Shown: positions 1-9,508, numbered from the stretch's first letter. The stretch is DNA of 64,000 bases from an uncultured Solobacterium sp. (GCA_963525775.1 CAURLC010000006.1:4648-68647), one strand, 5' to 3'. Notes: generated by a model from the sequence alone, not told the origin. Program-made: numbers and translations.

Positions 1-35
1 GTGGTGAAGCTGCAGCAGAATACGCAACAAAATAA
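1..35 (+). CDS. 3' end of an upstream CDS (...GEAAAEYATK*); product unknown
   Basis: Open frame from the window edge to TAA at 33-35, followed by a hairpin terminator. Confidence 0.4.
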   Translation, partial: GEAAAEYATK

Positions 36-44
36 TCCCACTCT

Positions 45-72
45 GGAGAAATCGTAAGATTTCTCCTTTTTA
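45..72 (+). terminator. Rho-independent terminator
   Basis: GGAGAAATC-gtaa-GATTTCTCC stem followed by a T-run. Confidence 0.75.
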
Positions 73-89
73 AGTGTTAAGATAGGGGT

Positions 90-1199
90 ATGAGAAAAGA
101 AGAATTATTTGATTTAGTGAGTGAGTGTGCAACACTTGAAATCTTTGTGGCAAAGGCTGCGAAGTTAGTTCAAAATCCGATTTGGATTATGGATGATGCA
201 TATCAATTAGTAACCTGTTCTAAAGTACCAGATGCTTATCCATATTTATCATTTTTACAAGATACAAAACTAAAACGAAGCTTTGTGAATCGATTGATAG
301 AACGAGGATTACTCAATGAGAATGGTATTCAAAAACCATTGCGTATATTCGATACGGAGTATCAAAGAGATGTTTATGTAATCGATATTTTTGCAAAGAA
401 GAAGTCGATTGGAAAACTCACGGTTGCGGTGGAAAATGAAATTAGTGAAGAGGATGTTAAATTACTTGCGGATGCTGCATCTATCTACTTACGTCATCAA
501 TTAACAAATCATGGATCGAAGCGTGAACAAGCATTTACCTTGCTGCTACAAAAAGATGAAGAGAGTCAATCGTTAGGACTGCAATTACTACAAGAGACTG
601 GTTATCTCGTTAAAGGCACTTACATGCTTGCATATGTTGATACTACAATTGCAAATCGTATTACTGTATTGCGTTCTTTCTTAAGTGAGATACAGAAGAG
701 TGATGTAAACCTATTAGGTGGTATTGTGAATGAACAGTGTTATCTTTTATTGGCGAGCACAAAGCATATTGATTTAAAACAATACCCAAATATTCATGTT
801 GGATATAGTATGCAGTTTGAAAAACTTCATCATCTTGATGGATATGCAAGACAGGCAGAATATGCAGCTAGTAAGGCAAAGGGGAGAGGGGCAAACTTCC
901 AGAATCTAATTGATTCCTATTTGCATAGCCAGTTAGAACAACAATTACCACTAGATACATTGGTTGACTTAAAAATACAAAAACTCATTGCGTATGATCG
1001 TAAGTATGAGACGAAGTATTACGAGACATTGTGTATGTATGTTAACTCACAATACTCAAAACAGAAGACTGCAGAAGGGCTCTATATTCATCTGAATACC
1101 GTTAAGTATCGTCTTCAGCAGATTGAAAAATTATTTGATATCGATTTTGAAAAAGACGAGAAATTGATACGTTTGGCAATGTTAGTGCATCACGTTTAA
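90..1199 (+). CDS. PucR/CdaR-family transcriptional regulator
   Basis: C-terminal PucR-type HTH (LYIHLNTVKYRLQQIEKLFDIDF); 369-aa ORF. Confidence 0.7.
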   Translation: MRKEELFDLVSECATLEIFVAKAAKLVQNPIWIMDDAYQLVTCSKVPDAYPYLSFLQDTKLKRSFVNRLIERGLLNENGIQKPLRIFDTEYQRDVYVIDIFAKKKSIGKLTVAVENEISEEDVKLLADAASIYLRHQLTNHGSKREQAFTLLLQKDEESQSLGLQLLQETGYLVKGTYMLAYVDTTIANRITVLRSFLSEIQKSDVNLLGGIVNEQCYLLLASTKHIDLKQYPNIHVGYSMQFEKLHHLDGYARQAEYAASKAKGRGANFQNLIDSYLHSQLEQQLPLDTLVDLKIQKLIAYDRKYETKYYETLCMYVNSQYSKQKTAEGLYIHLNTVKYRLQQIEKLFDIDFEKDEKLIRLAMLVHHV

Positions 1200-1282
1200 T
1201 TTCTTATTGCGTTTGACTTTTCAAATCAGAAAAAAGAAGTATACTAATAGTGTTAGTTATAGTTAACTTAAGGAGCGTAAAT

Positions 1283-1495
1283 ATGAACATTTCAACATTA
1301 ATAGTATTATTGGTCGTTGTTGTAATCATTGCATTTGATATTCGATATGTGATGAAAAATGGAGTAAGCTCCTGCAGTGGAGATTGTAGTTCAGGTTGTC
1401 ATTCTTCCTGTCATTGGGTAGGAGATATCAAAAAGGCACAACGCAATATCCGTATTCAAAATAAGATTAAGTCCTTGTTAGGATTATCGAAGTAA
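1283..1495 (+). CDS. FeoB-associated Cys-rich small membrane protein
   Basis: One N-terminal TM helix then CSGDCSSGCHSSC. AAGGAG lies 7 nt before ATG 1283; the ORF-track start at 1250 has no SD. Confidence 0.6.
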   Translation: MNISTLIVLLVVVVIIAFDIRYVMKNGVSSCSGDCSSGCHSSCHWVGDIKKAQRNIRIQNKIKSLLGLSK

Positions 1496-1534
1496 TCTAT
1501 AAGTCACTAAGGTGGCTTTTTCTTTATGTTTAAT

Positions 1535-1581
1535 GTTGTAAATACGCGTACTAAAGAATATAATGTAAGCATATTTACAAC
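1535..1581 (+). promoter_or_regulatory. Predicted abiE promoter (-35 TTGTAA 1536-1541, 17 nt, -10 TATAAT 1559-1564) bracketed by a 10-bp inverted repeat
   Basis: GTTGTAAATA (1535-1544) and TATTTACAAC (1572-1581) are perfect reverse complements flanking the -10. Confidence 0.55.
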
Positions 1582-1599
1582 ATATAATGGAGGTTAAAA

Positions 1600-2193
1600 A
1601 TGGATTATAAAAAGAAGATACGAGAAAAGATTGAAAAAATGGGTGGATTTATTACAAGTGGTGAACTAGTGAATTCTAATATTCCAACTATATATTTAAC
1701 TAGAATGGTTGAAGCAGGAGAATTAGTTCGTGAAGAAAGAGGAGTATATCTTTCTGCAAAAGGTGATTATGATGAATATTACTTCTTTCAAAATAAGTAT
1801 AAAGTTGCAATCTTCTCGTATGTATCTGCTTTGTATCTATTTCAATTTACAGACATCATTCCTTCAGAATTAGAAGTAACAGTATACAAAGGATATAATG
1901 CAAGCCGTATTCAACGTGATAAAAGAGTTCATTATGTGAATAAAGATATATATGAACTAGGTATTACTCAATGTAAAACGATTTATGGAAACAAAGTAAA
2001 TGTCTATGATCTAGAAAGAACGATTTGTGATTTTGTGAAAAATAGAAATAAAGTCGAGGCTGAGTTATTTTTGAAAATAATAACAAGATATGCTCGTTAT
2101 CGTAATAAAGATTTTAATAAGTTATATACATACGCAAAAAAGATGAATATCTACGATAAAGTGAAAGATATTTTTGGTGTTATTTATGAATAA
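1600..2193 (+). CDS. abiEi: AbiEi-family type IV antitoxin / transcriptional autoregulator
   Basis: N-terminal winged-helix region (GGFITSGELV...LTRMVEAGELVREERGVYL); overlaps the downstream AbiEii gene. Confidence 0.75.
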   Translation: MDYKKKIREKIEKMGGFITSGELVNSNIPTIYLTRMVEAGELVREERGVYLSAKGDYDEYYFFQNKYKVAIFSYVSALYLFQFTDIIPSELEVTVYKGYNASRIQRDKRVHYVNKDIYELGITQCKTIYGNKVNVYDLERTICDFVKNRNKVEAELFLKIITRYARYRNKDFNKLYTYAKKMNIYDKVKDIFGVIYE

Positions 2194-3028
2194 ATATAAA
2201 CTTAGATCGATTTGTAAGAAAATATCAGATGAAACAGGACTTAGCTATAATGTAATTCAAACACACTATTTTTTGGAAACAATTCTTGAAAAAATATCTA
2301 AGAGTGATGAAAATCAGAATTTTATTTTTAAGGGTGGATTTCTGCTTGCGAGTTTTATTGGAATTAAGCAACGTAGTACAGTTGATATTGACTTCCTAAT
2401 TAGGAAGTTCACGCTGACAAAAGAAAATATTAGTCAAAAATTAGAAAAAATTCTTAAGCATGAGGTATACGAAGATATTAACTATAAGATAAAAAAGATA
2501 GAGGAAATTCGAAAAAATGATGAGTATGGAGGCTTTAGAATTGCCATTGAATGTAAATTAGATAATATTCGACAGATAATTCTGCTAGATATTGCAACTG
2601 GTGATCCGATAACTCCAAAAGAAATTGTATATAAATATAAGAGTACTTTTGAAGATAAAATATATGAAATTTATACATACAATATTGAAACAATTTTGGC
2701 AGAAAAAATTCAAACAATTTACCAACGCGGAGTATTTAATACTAGAAGTAAGGATTTCTATGATGTATATATTTTGGTTCATCTTAAGAAAAAAGAGATT
2801 GATTATGAAAAACTAAGTCTTGCATGTCGTAATACGTTTAATCATAGAAGCAATAAATTTAATGTAGCAGATATTCTAAATCTTCTAGATACATTGAAGG
2901 GTGAGAAAGATATGTTGAAGTATTGGGATAATTATCAAGATAGATTTAGATATGCAAAAAATATCAGTTTTCATGAAGTGATTGATACGATAGCTGAATT
3001 AATGATGAATCTGATTGAATATGATTGA
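2186..3028 (+). CDS. abiEii: AbiEii/AbiGii-family nucleotidyltransferase toxin
   Basis: NTase motif FKGGFLLA...STVDIDF. ATG 2186 overlaps the abiEi stop, which suggests translational coupling. Confidence 0.8.
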   Translation: MNKYKLRSICKKISDETGLSYNVIQTHYFLETILEKISKSDENQNFIFKGGFLLASFIGIKQRSTVDIDFLIRKFTLTKENISQKLEKILKHEVYEDINYKIKKIEEIRKNDEYGGFRIAIECKLDNIRQIILLDIATGDPITPKEIVYKYKSTFEDKIYEIYTYNIETILAEKIQTIYQRGVFNTRSKDFYDVYILVHLKKKEIDYEKLSLACRNTFNHRSNKFNVADILNLLDTLKGEKDMLKYWDNYQDRFRYAKNISFHEVIDTIAELMMNLIEYD

Positions 3029-3153
3029 GAATTATTATCCTCAGACAATGTACTTTCTTGAAAGCTATCATAGATGGGTGTAGGCTAGAAGTAGATGTTT
3101 CAACGACAATCATTAACAACCAAAATCATTCATAATTTTTAGTGGGGAAGAAA

Positions 3154-4290
3154 ATGAAACAGAATACAAAGTTATTGCACGGTTACACTGTATTAGACCA
3201 ATATACTGGTGCTGCCAGCATACCAATTTATCAAACGTCCACATTTCATAATACAGAGTTGTATTGTGATGAACAGAAGTATTTATACACCCGTTTCTCC
3301 AATCCAACGATTGATGCATTAGAAGATGGTCTTCGTTGTATTGAGAATGCCAAATATGCTTTGAGTTTTAGTTCTGGTATGAGTGCGATATCAAATGTTT
3401 TGATGTTGTTGAATGCTGGCGAACATATCATCCTTCCAAAGGAAGTGTATGGTGGTACTTGCCAGTTTGCGACGAAGATTCTACCTCGTTATCAAATCTC
3501 GGCGAGTTTTGTAGATATGGCAAATCTTGATGAAGTGGAAAATGCGATTACAGATAACACACACATGATTTATATTGAGACACCATCCAATCCTTTATTA
3601 AAGATATGTGATGTTCGCGCAATCGTATCTATTGCGAAAAAGTATGGATTGATTGCGGTAGCCGATAACACCTTTATGACGACGCTATTCCAAGATACAC
3701 TTGTGTTAGGTGTTGATATCGTTGTAGAGAGTGCTACAAAGTTTATCAATGGTCATAGTGATGTGGTGGCTGGTGTTGTTGCGACAAATAATGAAGATTA
3801 CTATAAACAGTTAGTTCTATTTCGGAAGAACTTTGGTGGTATCTTAGGTGTGCAGGATGCTTGGTTAATTATGCGTGGTATGAAGACAATGGGCTTACGT
3901 ATGAAACAGTCATCCGAAAATGCACAAGCAATCGCAGAATTCTTGTACAACCATCCCAAGATCAAACATGTGTATTATCCTGGGTTAGATTCTCATCCTG
4001 GTCATGATATTCATATGTCACAAGCTAAATGTGGAGGTGCAGTATTATCGTTTTCTCTAGCGAACAAAGAAGATTTGATGTCTTTTACAAGAAAGGTAAA
4101 GATTCCAATTTTGGCAGTTAGTTTAGGTGGTGTGGAATCAATTTTATCTCATCCTGCAACGATGTCTCATGCTTGCTTAAGTGTAGAAGAGCGCTTAGAG
4201 CAAGGTGTTACCGATGAACTATTACGCTTGTCTTGTGGTATTGAGGATATTACAGATTTACTGGAAGACCTTAAGCAAGCATTAGAATAA
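3154..4290 (+). CDS. Cys/Met-metabolism PLP-dependent enzyme (cystathionine beta-lyase / gamma-synthase family)
   Basis: Family-typical sequence including the PLP-lysine context ESATKFINGHSD; SD GGGGAAG before ATG 3154. Confidence 0.85.
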   Translation: MKQNTKLLHGYTVLDQYTGAASIPIYQTSTFHNTELYCDEQKYLYTRFSNPTIDALEDGLRCIENAKYALSFSSGMSAISNVLMLLNAGEHIILPKEVYGGTCQFATKILPRYQISASFVDMANLDEVENAITDNTHMIYIETPSNPLLKICDVRAIVSIAKKYGLIAVADNTFMTTLFQDTLVLGVDIVVESATKFINGHSDVVAGVVATNNEDYYKQLVLFRKNFGGILGVQDAWLIMRGMKTMGLRMKQSSENAQAIAEFLYNHPKIKHVYYPGLDSHPGHDIHMSQAKCGGAVLSFSLANKEDLMSFTRKVKIPILAVSLGGVESILSHPATMSHACLSVEERLEQGVTDELLRLSCGIEDITDLLEDLKQALE

Positions 4291-4346
4291 TGGAAAAATA
4301 TGCATCGTATTTTGTATGCATGATAAGATGTAAATAACAACTTTTG

Positions 4347-4375
4347 AATCGTTGAATCATTCAACGATTTTTTCG
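4347..4375 (+). terminator. Rho-independent terminator
   Basis: AATCGTTGA-atcat-TCAACGATT followed by TTTTT. Confidence 0.8.
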
Positions 4376-4421
4376 TGGAACAGACAATAGAACTGTGTAC
4401 ATAGTTAATGGGGGGTGGATT

Positions 4422-4709
4422 ATGTTAAATACATTTGTGCTATTAGGAAAGGTACATTCGTTACCTTTGATACAAGGGACGAATCTTTCAGAGAATCAAT
4501 CAACGATAGAGATTGAGTGTCAACGTGCATTTACGGACAATGGAGTGATGTCTGATGTTTTTACTGTGCGCCTGTGGCGTGGGATTGCGGAGTCTTGTAA
4601 GGCGGCGTGTAAGATTGGAACTGTCATTGCGATTAAGGGAAGGGTAGAAGTGAATCTACAGACCAAAGCGATGGAGTTAATTGCGGAAAAGGTTGAGTTT
4701 ATCCGTTAA
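4422..4709 (+). CDS. Short SSB-like OB-fold protein lacking an acidic C-terminal tail
   Basis: Pattern FTVRLWRGIAE...KIGTVIAIKGRVE resembles the SSB OB-fold core; about 95 aa from ATG 4422. Confidence 0.45.
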   Translation: MLNTFVLLGKVHSLPLIQGTNLSENQSTIEIECQRAFTDNGVMSDVFTVRLWRGIAESCKAACKIGTVIAIKGRVEVNLQTKAMELIAEKVEFIR

Positions 4710-4793
4710 GTAGAGAATTGAAACACTTCACTATATCTAAAGCAGAGATAACTATGATAAAATAAGGACGTTTGATAAAGTGAGGTATAAAAC

Positions 4794-6209
4794 ATGGCAT
4801 TTGATTCCTTAAGTGACAGACTGAATAAAGCGTTACGTAATGTGGCCGGTAAGGGTACGTTAACGGATAATAACATGGAAGACATGCTGAAAGAAGTGCG
4901 TTTAGCATTACTTGAAGCAGATGTAAACTATCGTATTGTAAAAGAATTCTTAGATGAGATTCGTACAAAATCCAGAGGTGAAGAAGTACTACAGAGCGTA
5001 GAACCTGGACAACAGCTCGTTAAGATCGTTCATGATCAAATTATTGAATTACTTGGTACAGAGGAAGCTGGTCTTAACTTTGTAGAAGATGGCATTACGA
5101 AAATCATGCTTGTCGGTTTACAGGGTACAGGTAAGACAACTAGCGTTGCGAAGATTGCACGTATCTGTAAAGAGAAGTTCAATAAGAAGGTATTGTTAAT
5201 TGCGGCCGACGTGATTCGCCCTGCTGCGATTGATCAGTTACAGACATTAGGTAAGGAAATTGATACTGAAGTATTTACCTTAGGTACAGAGACTCCAGCT
5301 GTTGAAACAGTTCGTCAGGGTATGGAATACGCTGAAAAGAATGGTTTTGATACTGTGTTTATCGATACTGCTGGTCGTTTACATATCGATGAAGCATTAA
5401 TGAATGAGTTAAAGGATATCAATGAACTTGTTCATCCAGACGACATTCTTCTTACAGTCGATGCGATGACTGGTCAAGATATCGTTAACGTAGCACAAGC
5501 CTTTAAGGATGCGTTACCATTAACTGGTTTAGTTGTAACCAAGTTTGATGGTGACTCTAGAGGTGGTGGTGTTCTTTCAGTTAAGAAGATTACAGGTGTT
5601 CCTATCAAGTTTGTCGGTGAAGGTGAAAAGATTGAGGATATGGATATCTTCCATCCTGATCGTATGGCTGACCGTATTCTTGGAATGGGTGACGTTGTAA
5701 CACTTGTAGAGAAGGCGCAGGAGAAGTTAGATCTTGAAGAAGCCAATAAGATGGCTGAACGTATGCTTGCAGGTCAATTCACAATGGATGACATGTTAAA
5801 GCAGTTTGAACAGATTCAAAAGTTAGGCCCTCTTGGTGGCATTATGAAGATGATTCCAGGTATGAACCAATACGCTGGTATGTTAGATGAAGCCAAGGCA
5901 AGTGACTCGATGCGTCATATGAAGGCAATCATCCAGTCTATGACATTTGAAGAACGTGCACATCCAGAAAAGATGCGTGGCACAATGAAGAAGCGTGTAG
6001 CACGTGGTTCTGGTCGTAGCGTGGATGAAGTCAATAAGTTGATCAACCAATTCGGTAAGATGAAGAAGCTGATGGACTCCATGGGCAACATGCAAAGAAA
6101 CGGTTCCTTAAACCAAGAAAGTCTAGAGAAGATGATGGGTAATGCTCAAAAGCGTGCCGGTCAAAACTTCCCAAATGGCTTCGGTGGAAAGAATCCATTT
6201 AAATTTTAA
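4794..6209 (+). CDS. ffh: Signal recognition particle protein Ffh
   Basis: GLQGTGKTT, DTAGR and a Met-rich M domain. Confidence 0.97.
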   Translation: MAFDSLSDRLNKALRNVAGKGTLTDNNMEDMLKEVRLALLEADVNYRIVKEFLDEIRTKSRGEEVLQSVEPGQQLVKIVHDQIIELLGTEEAGLNFVEDGITKIMLVGLQGTGKTTSVAKIARICKEKFNKKVLLIAADVIRPAAIDQLQTLGKEIDTEVFTLGTETPAVETVRQGMEYAEKNGFDTVFIDTAGRLHIDEALMNELKDINELVHPDDILLTVDAMTGQDIVNVAQAFKDALPLTGLVVTKFDGDSRGGGVLSVKKITGVPIKFVGEGEKIEDMDIFHPDRMADRILGMGDVVTLVEKAQEKLDLEEANKMAERMLAGQFTMDDMLKQFEQIQKLGPLGGIMKMIPGMNQYAGMLDEAKASDSMRHMKAIIQSMTFEERAHPEKMRGTMKKRVARGSGRSVDEVNKLINQFGKMKKLMDSMGNMQRNGSLNQESLEKMMGNAQKRAGQNFPNGFGGKNPFKF

Positions 6210-6228
6210 TGATGTAAAGGTTTTTTAC

Positions 6229-6256
6229 TTGACAGTGATTTTCGAATCAGTATAAT
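6229..6256 (+). promoter_or_regulatory. sigma-A-type promoter for the rpsP operon
   Basis: TTGACA (6229-6234), 16-nt spacer, TATAAT (6251-6256). Confidence 0.65.
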
Positions 6257-6287
6257 AAACATGTAAGAAATAGGAGGTATTTATACC

Positions 6288-6572
6288 ATGGCAGTTAAAT
6301 TACGTTTAAAGAGAATGGGTGCCAAGAAGGCTCCAAGATATCGTATCGTTGCGGCAGACTCACGTTTCGCTAGAGATGGACGTGAAATCGAAACAATCGG
6401 ACATATCAATCCAACAACAGAACCTGAAACAGTAGTAGTAAATGAAGAAAAGGCTCTTAATTGGTTAAGAAACGGTGCTCAGCCTTCTGATACAGTTAGA
6501 AACATTCTTTCTCGTCAAGGTATCATGAAGAAGTTCCATGATGAGAAGGTAGCCGCTAAGAAGAAAGCGTAA
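6288..6572 (+). CDS. rpsP: 30S ribosomal protein S16
   Basis: [21 protein letters not shown]... Confidence 0.97.
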   Translation: MAVKLRLKRMGAKKAPRYRIVAADSRFARDGREIETIGHINPTTEPETVVVNEEKALNWLRNGAQPSDTVRNILSRQGIMKKFHDEKVAAKKKA

Positions 6573-6577
6573 GCATC

Positions 6578-6826
6578 ATGGCAGAGCTGGATAAGGTACT
6601 TCTAAATCTAGTTAAGCCAATGGTTGAAGACAAGGAATCCTTGGATGTACGTCTGATGCCTAGCTTAGATGATAAAGAAGTTTTGTTACATGTTTATGCG
6701 AAAAATGATGATATTGCTCGTCTGATTGGCAGAAAGGGCAGTATGGCAAGTGCATTACGTCAAGTAATGTCCGTTGCTTCTCATAGTAATAACAAGAAAG
6801 TAACAATCAAGTTCGAACAGATTTAA
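6578..6826 (+). CDS. KH-domain RNA-binding protein (YlqC family)
   Basis: Conserved position between rpsP and rimM; IGRKGSMASALR motif. Confidence 0.85.
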   Translation: MAELDKVLLNLVKPMVEDKESLDVRLMPSLDDKEVLLHVYAKNDDIARLIGRKGSMASALRQVMSVASHSNNKKVTIKFEQI

Positions 6827-6850
6827 GGATGCTATGGCATCCTTTTTTTG
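6826..6850 (+). terminator. Intra-operon hairpin followed by a T-run
   Basis: AGGATGC-tatg-GCATCCT followed by TTTTTTT. Confidence 0.65.
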
Positions 6851-6869
6851 AAAACAAAGGAGAAGGAAG

Positions 6870-7379
6870 ATGGCATATATTTGTATTGGCAAAATTATCA
6901 ATACGCATGGTATCAAAGGAGAAGTAAAGATTGAAAGTTACTCTGACTTTGATGAAGAAAGATATACCAAGGGTAAACAAGTATATATTTGTGTCGATGG
7001 AAAGTATCTACCACTTACGGTAGCTTCCTATCGTAAGCATAAAGGCTTTCCACTTGTATCCTTTGTGGACTTGCAGAATATCAACTTTGTAGAGCAGTAT
7101 AAGGGATGTGAAATCTACATCGATGAAGCAGATCGTAAACAACTCAAAAAGGGTGAATACTATCGCAAAGACCTCGTTGGTTTAACGGTTGTGGATGAAG
7201 AAGGTATTACAGTAGGTAAAATTATCAGTGTTGAAGAAACACTCGGTGCTCAAAATAATTTACGTCTTCAATTAGAAGACGCAAAAGAAGTGCTAATCCC
7301 TTACATTCCAATGATTGTAAAGAACGTAGATTTAGATAAGAAAGTGATGACGATTCATCGTATGGGAGGCCTACTATGA
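6870..7379 (+). CDS. rimM: 16S rRNA processing protein RimM
   Basis: GKIINTHGIKGEVKI; position upstream of trmD. Confidence 0.93.
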   Translation: MAYICIGKIINTHGIKGEVKIESYSDFDEERYTKGKQVYICVDGKYLPLTVASYRKHKGFPLVSFVDLQNINFVEQYKGCEIYIDEADRKQLKKGEYYRKDLVGLTVVDEEGITVGKIISVEETLGAQNNLRLQLEDAKEVLIPYIPMIVKNVDLDKKVMTIHRMGGLL

Positions 7380-8101
7380 GGATTACCGTATTAACACTAT
7401 TTCCAGAGATGTATCGTGACTTTGTCAGTACTTCAATCATTGGTCGTGCCATTGAAAGAGGGCTAGTTACAGTAGACTTTGTTCAGATACGTGATTTTGC
7501 TCATGACAATTATCGCCATGTGGATGATAAGCCATTCGGTGGAGGACTTGGACAAGTGATGAAGTGTCAACCAGTATTAGACGCACTTAACTCTGTAAAG
7601 ACTGAAAATAGTTATAGTATGATGATGTCACCAGCAGGGAATGTCTATAACCAATCCAAGGCAAGACAGTTATCACAAAAAGATCATCTGATTCTATTGT
7701 GTGGCCATTACGAGGGTTTTGATGCACGCATTAACAAACATGTAGATGAACTTGTCAGTATTGGAGACTATGTCTTAACAGGTGGTGAAATGGCTTCTAT
7801 GGTCATTATGGATAGTGTGATTCGTTTACTGAATGGTGTGATTCGGGAAGGCTCTACCGATGATGAATCCCATGAGAATGGATTACTTGAATACCCACAA
7901 TACACACAACCTGCAGATTACCAAGGGGATAAGGTACCAGAAATCCTACTGAGTGGTCATCATGCTAAGATACAAGAGTGGCGTACACAACAATCTTTAT
8001 TACTTACAAAGAAGGTAAGACCAGACCTTTTCGAAAAACATCAATTAACAGAATATGAAGAAAAAGTCTGGAAAAAACTATGCAAGCAAGAGAGTGAATA
8101 A
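7376..8101 (+). CDS. trmD: tRNA (guanine37-N1)-methyltransferase
   Basis: MRITVLTLFPEM... and the C-terminal SGHH motif. Confidence 0.96.
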   Translation: MRITVLTLFPEMYRDFVSTSIIGRAIERGLVTVDFVQIRDFAHDNYRHVDDKPFGGGLGQVMKCQPVLDALNSVKTENSYSMMMSPAGNVYNQSKARQLSQKDHLILLCGHYEGFDARINKHVDELVSIGDYVLTGGEMASMVIMDSVIRLLNGVIREGSTDDESHENGLLEYPQYTQPADYQGDKVPEILLSGHHAKIQEWRTQQSLLLTKKVRPDLFEKHQLTEYEEKVWKKLCKQESE

Positions 8102-8119
8102 TGCTCTCTTTTTATTTTA
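8088..8119 (+). terminator. Rho-independent terminator overlapping the trmD stop codon
   Basis: AAGAGAG-tgaataatg-CTCTCTT followed by TTTATTTT. Confidence 0.6.
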
Positions 8120-8240
8120 AGAGCTAAGGTAATCGTTTGTGCAATCTTTCGAAAATATCAATCAAAACCCTATTGTAAAAGTAAAAAAGTTCAATTATAA
8201 TATCGAAGATTTAAGTAGTTGGCTCTAGAAGGGGTTTCAT

Positions 8241-9488
8241 ATGAAAACAATCTTAAGAAACGCAACAGTCTTTACGCGAAAGGGTTTTGAGAAGATGGAT
8301 ATCGCTATCTCTGGTGATAGACTTCTTGTCCCATTTGATGTTTCAGACATTGTTCAAAGTGACGACGTTGTTTTTGATTTCAACAATAAATATATTTTAC
8401 CGGGTTTCGTTGATGTACATGTACATTTCCGTGAACCCGGTTTTTCTTATAAAGAAACGATCGGCACAGGCTCAATGGCGGCAGCACACGGAGGATTTAC
8501 AACTGTATTTACGATGCCTAACTTAAATCCACCTCCTTGTGATTATGCAAGCCTTAAACAACAACTCGATATCATTGAAAAAGATGCAGTGATTAAAGTT
8601 GTGCCATTTGGTGCGATTACAGAAAATCAAAAAGGCCGTGGAAAGCTTTCGAAGATGGATGAGATGGCTGTCTACGTAGCGGGTTTCTCTGATGATGGGG
8701 TTGGTGTACAAGCAGACTTCACGATGGAAGATGCGATGGTGAAAGTCGCAAGTTTAGGCAAAATCATTTCTGCCCATTGTGAAGATGAAAGTCTCAATAC
8801 AATCCCGTACACTGGTACAACTTCTGCAAGTGAAAGTGTACAAGCCGCAAGAGATATCGAACTATCCGCTAAAACGGGTTGTAAATATCATATTTGTCAT
8901 GTCTCTGCGAAGGAAACCTTAGATGCGGTAAGAAAAGGAAAGGCAAGAGGAATCGATGTAACCTGCGAAACTGGACCACATTACATTGCCTTTAATGTCG
9001 ATACAATCAAGCATGAAGGAAACTTTAGAATGAATCCTCCAATCAAGTCCCCAGAGGATCAAAAAGCAATCATAGATGCCATCGTCGACGGCACAATCGA
9101 TATGATTGCGACAGACCACGCACCACATAGCTTAGAAGAAAAATCGAAAGGTTTTGATAAGTCGTCCTTTGGCGTTGTAGGACTCGAAACATCCTTTGCG
9201 GTGTCATATACAGAACTTGTGAAGAAGAATGTGATTTCCTTTGAACGACTTGTCGAATTAATGAGTGTTAATCCAAGAAAGCGATTTGGCTTATCAGGCG
9301 GTTATATTGAAAATGGAGAAATCGCAGATATCTGCGTTGTTGATACGGAAACTACGTGGAAAGTTAATCCAGAAGAATTCTTAACCAAAGGAAGGTCGAC
9401 ACCATTTGATGGAGTAAATCTTACGGGGAAAGTCATCGCAACCTTTGTGGATGGAAAACTCGTCTATCGTGACGAGAAAGAAAGATAA
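8241..9488 (+). CDS. pyrC: Dihydroorotase
   Basis: DVHVHFREPG and the DHAPH motif. Confidence 0.95.
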   Translation: MKTILRNATVFTRKGFEKMDIAISGDRLLVPFDVSDIVQSDDVVFDFNNKYILPGFVDVHVHFREPGFSYKETIGTGSMAAAHGGFTTVFTMPNLNPPPCDYASLKQQLDIIEKDAVIKVVPFGAITENQKGRGKLSKMDEMAVYVAGFSDDGVGVQADFTMEDAMVKVASLGKIISAHCEDESLNTIPYTGTTSASESVQAARDIELSAKTGCKYHICHVSAKETLDAVRKGKARGIDVTCETGPHYIAFNVDTIKHEGNFRMNPPIKSPEDQKAIIDAIVDGTIDMIATDHAPHSLEEKSKGFDKSSFGVVGLETSFAVSYTELVKKNVISFERLVELMSVNPRKRFGLSGGYIENGEIADICVVDTETTWKVNPEEFLTKGRSTPFDGVNLTGKVIATFVDGKLVYRDEKER

Positions 9489-9508
9489 ATGATTGTGGAG
9501 GGAAAAGA

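Noticed and set aside
1250-1282. The ORF-track start at 1250 for the Cys-rich peptide. Similar extended starts occur at 3142, 4395, 16184, 22050, 26393, 31569, 36496, 38422, 46415, 49846, 56984 and 57650.
   Set aside because: In each case an internal ATG has a well-spaced GGAGG-like SD and gives the canonical conserved N-terminus. The upstream extensions have no SD.
2535-2816. Three 60-65-aa ORFs (2535-2717 -, 2585-2782 -, 2625-2816 +) inside abiEii.
   Set aside because: They are alternative-frame artefacts of very AT-rich coding DNA inside a gene with a clear NTase motif. Their translations are Ile/Phe/Tyr/Asn-rich nonsense.
3029-3153. Possible SAM (S-box) riboswitch or T-box upstream of the Cys/Met PLP enzyme.
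   Set aside because: The spacer is only 125 nt and lacks S-box core elements, a T-box specifier/T-box sequence and a terminator/antiterminator pair.
8287-8526. 79-aa + strand ORF overlapping pyrC in another frame.
   Set aside because: It lies inside the conserved dihydroorotase coding sequence, has no SD and has a nonsense-like composition.
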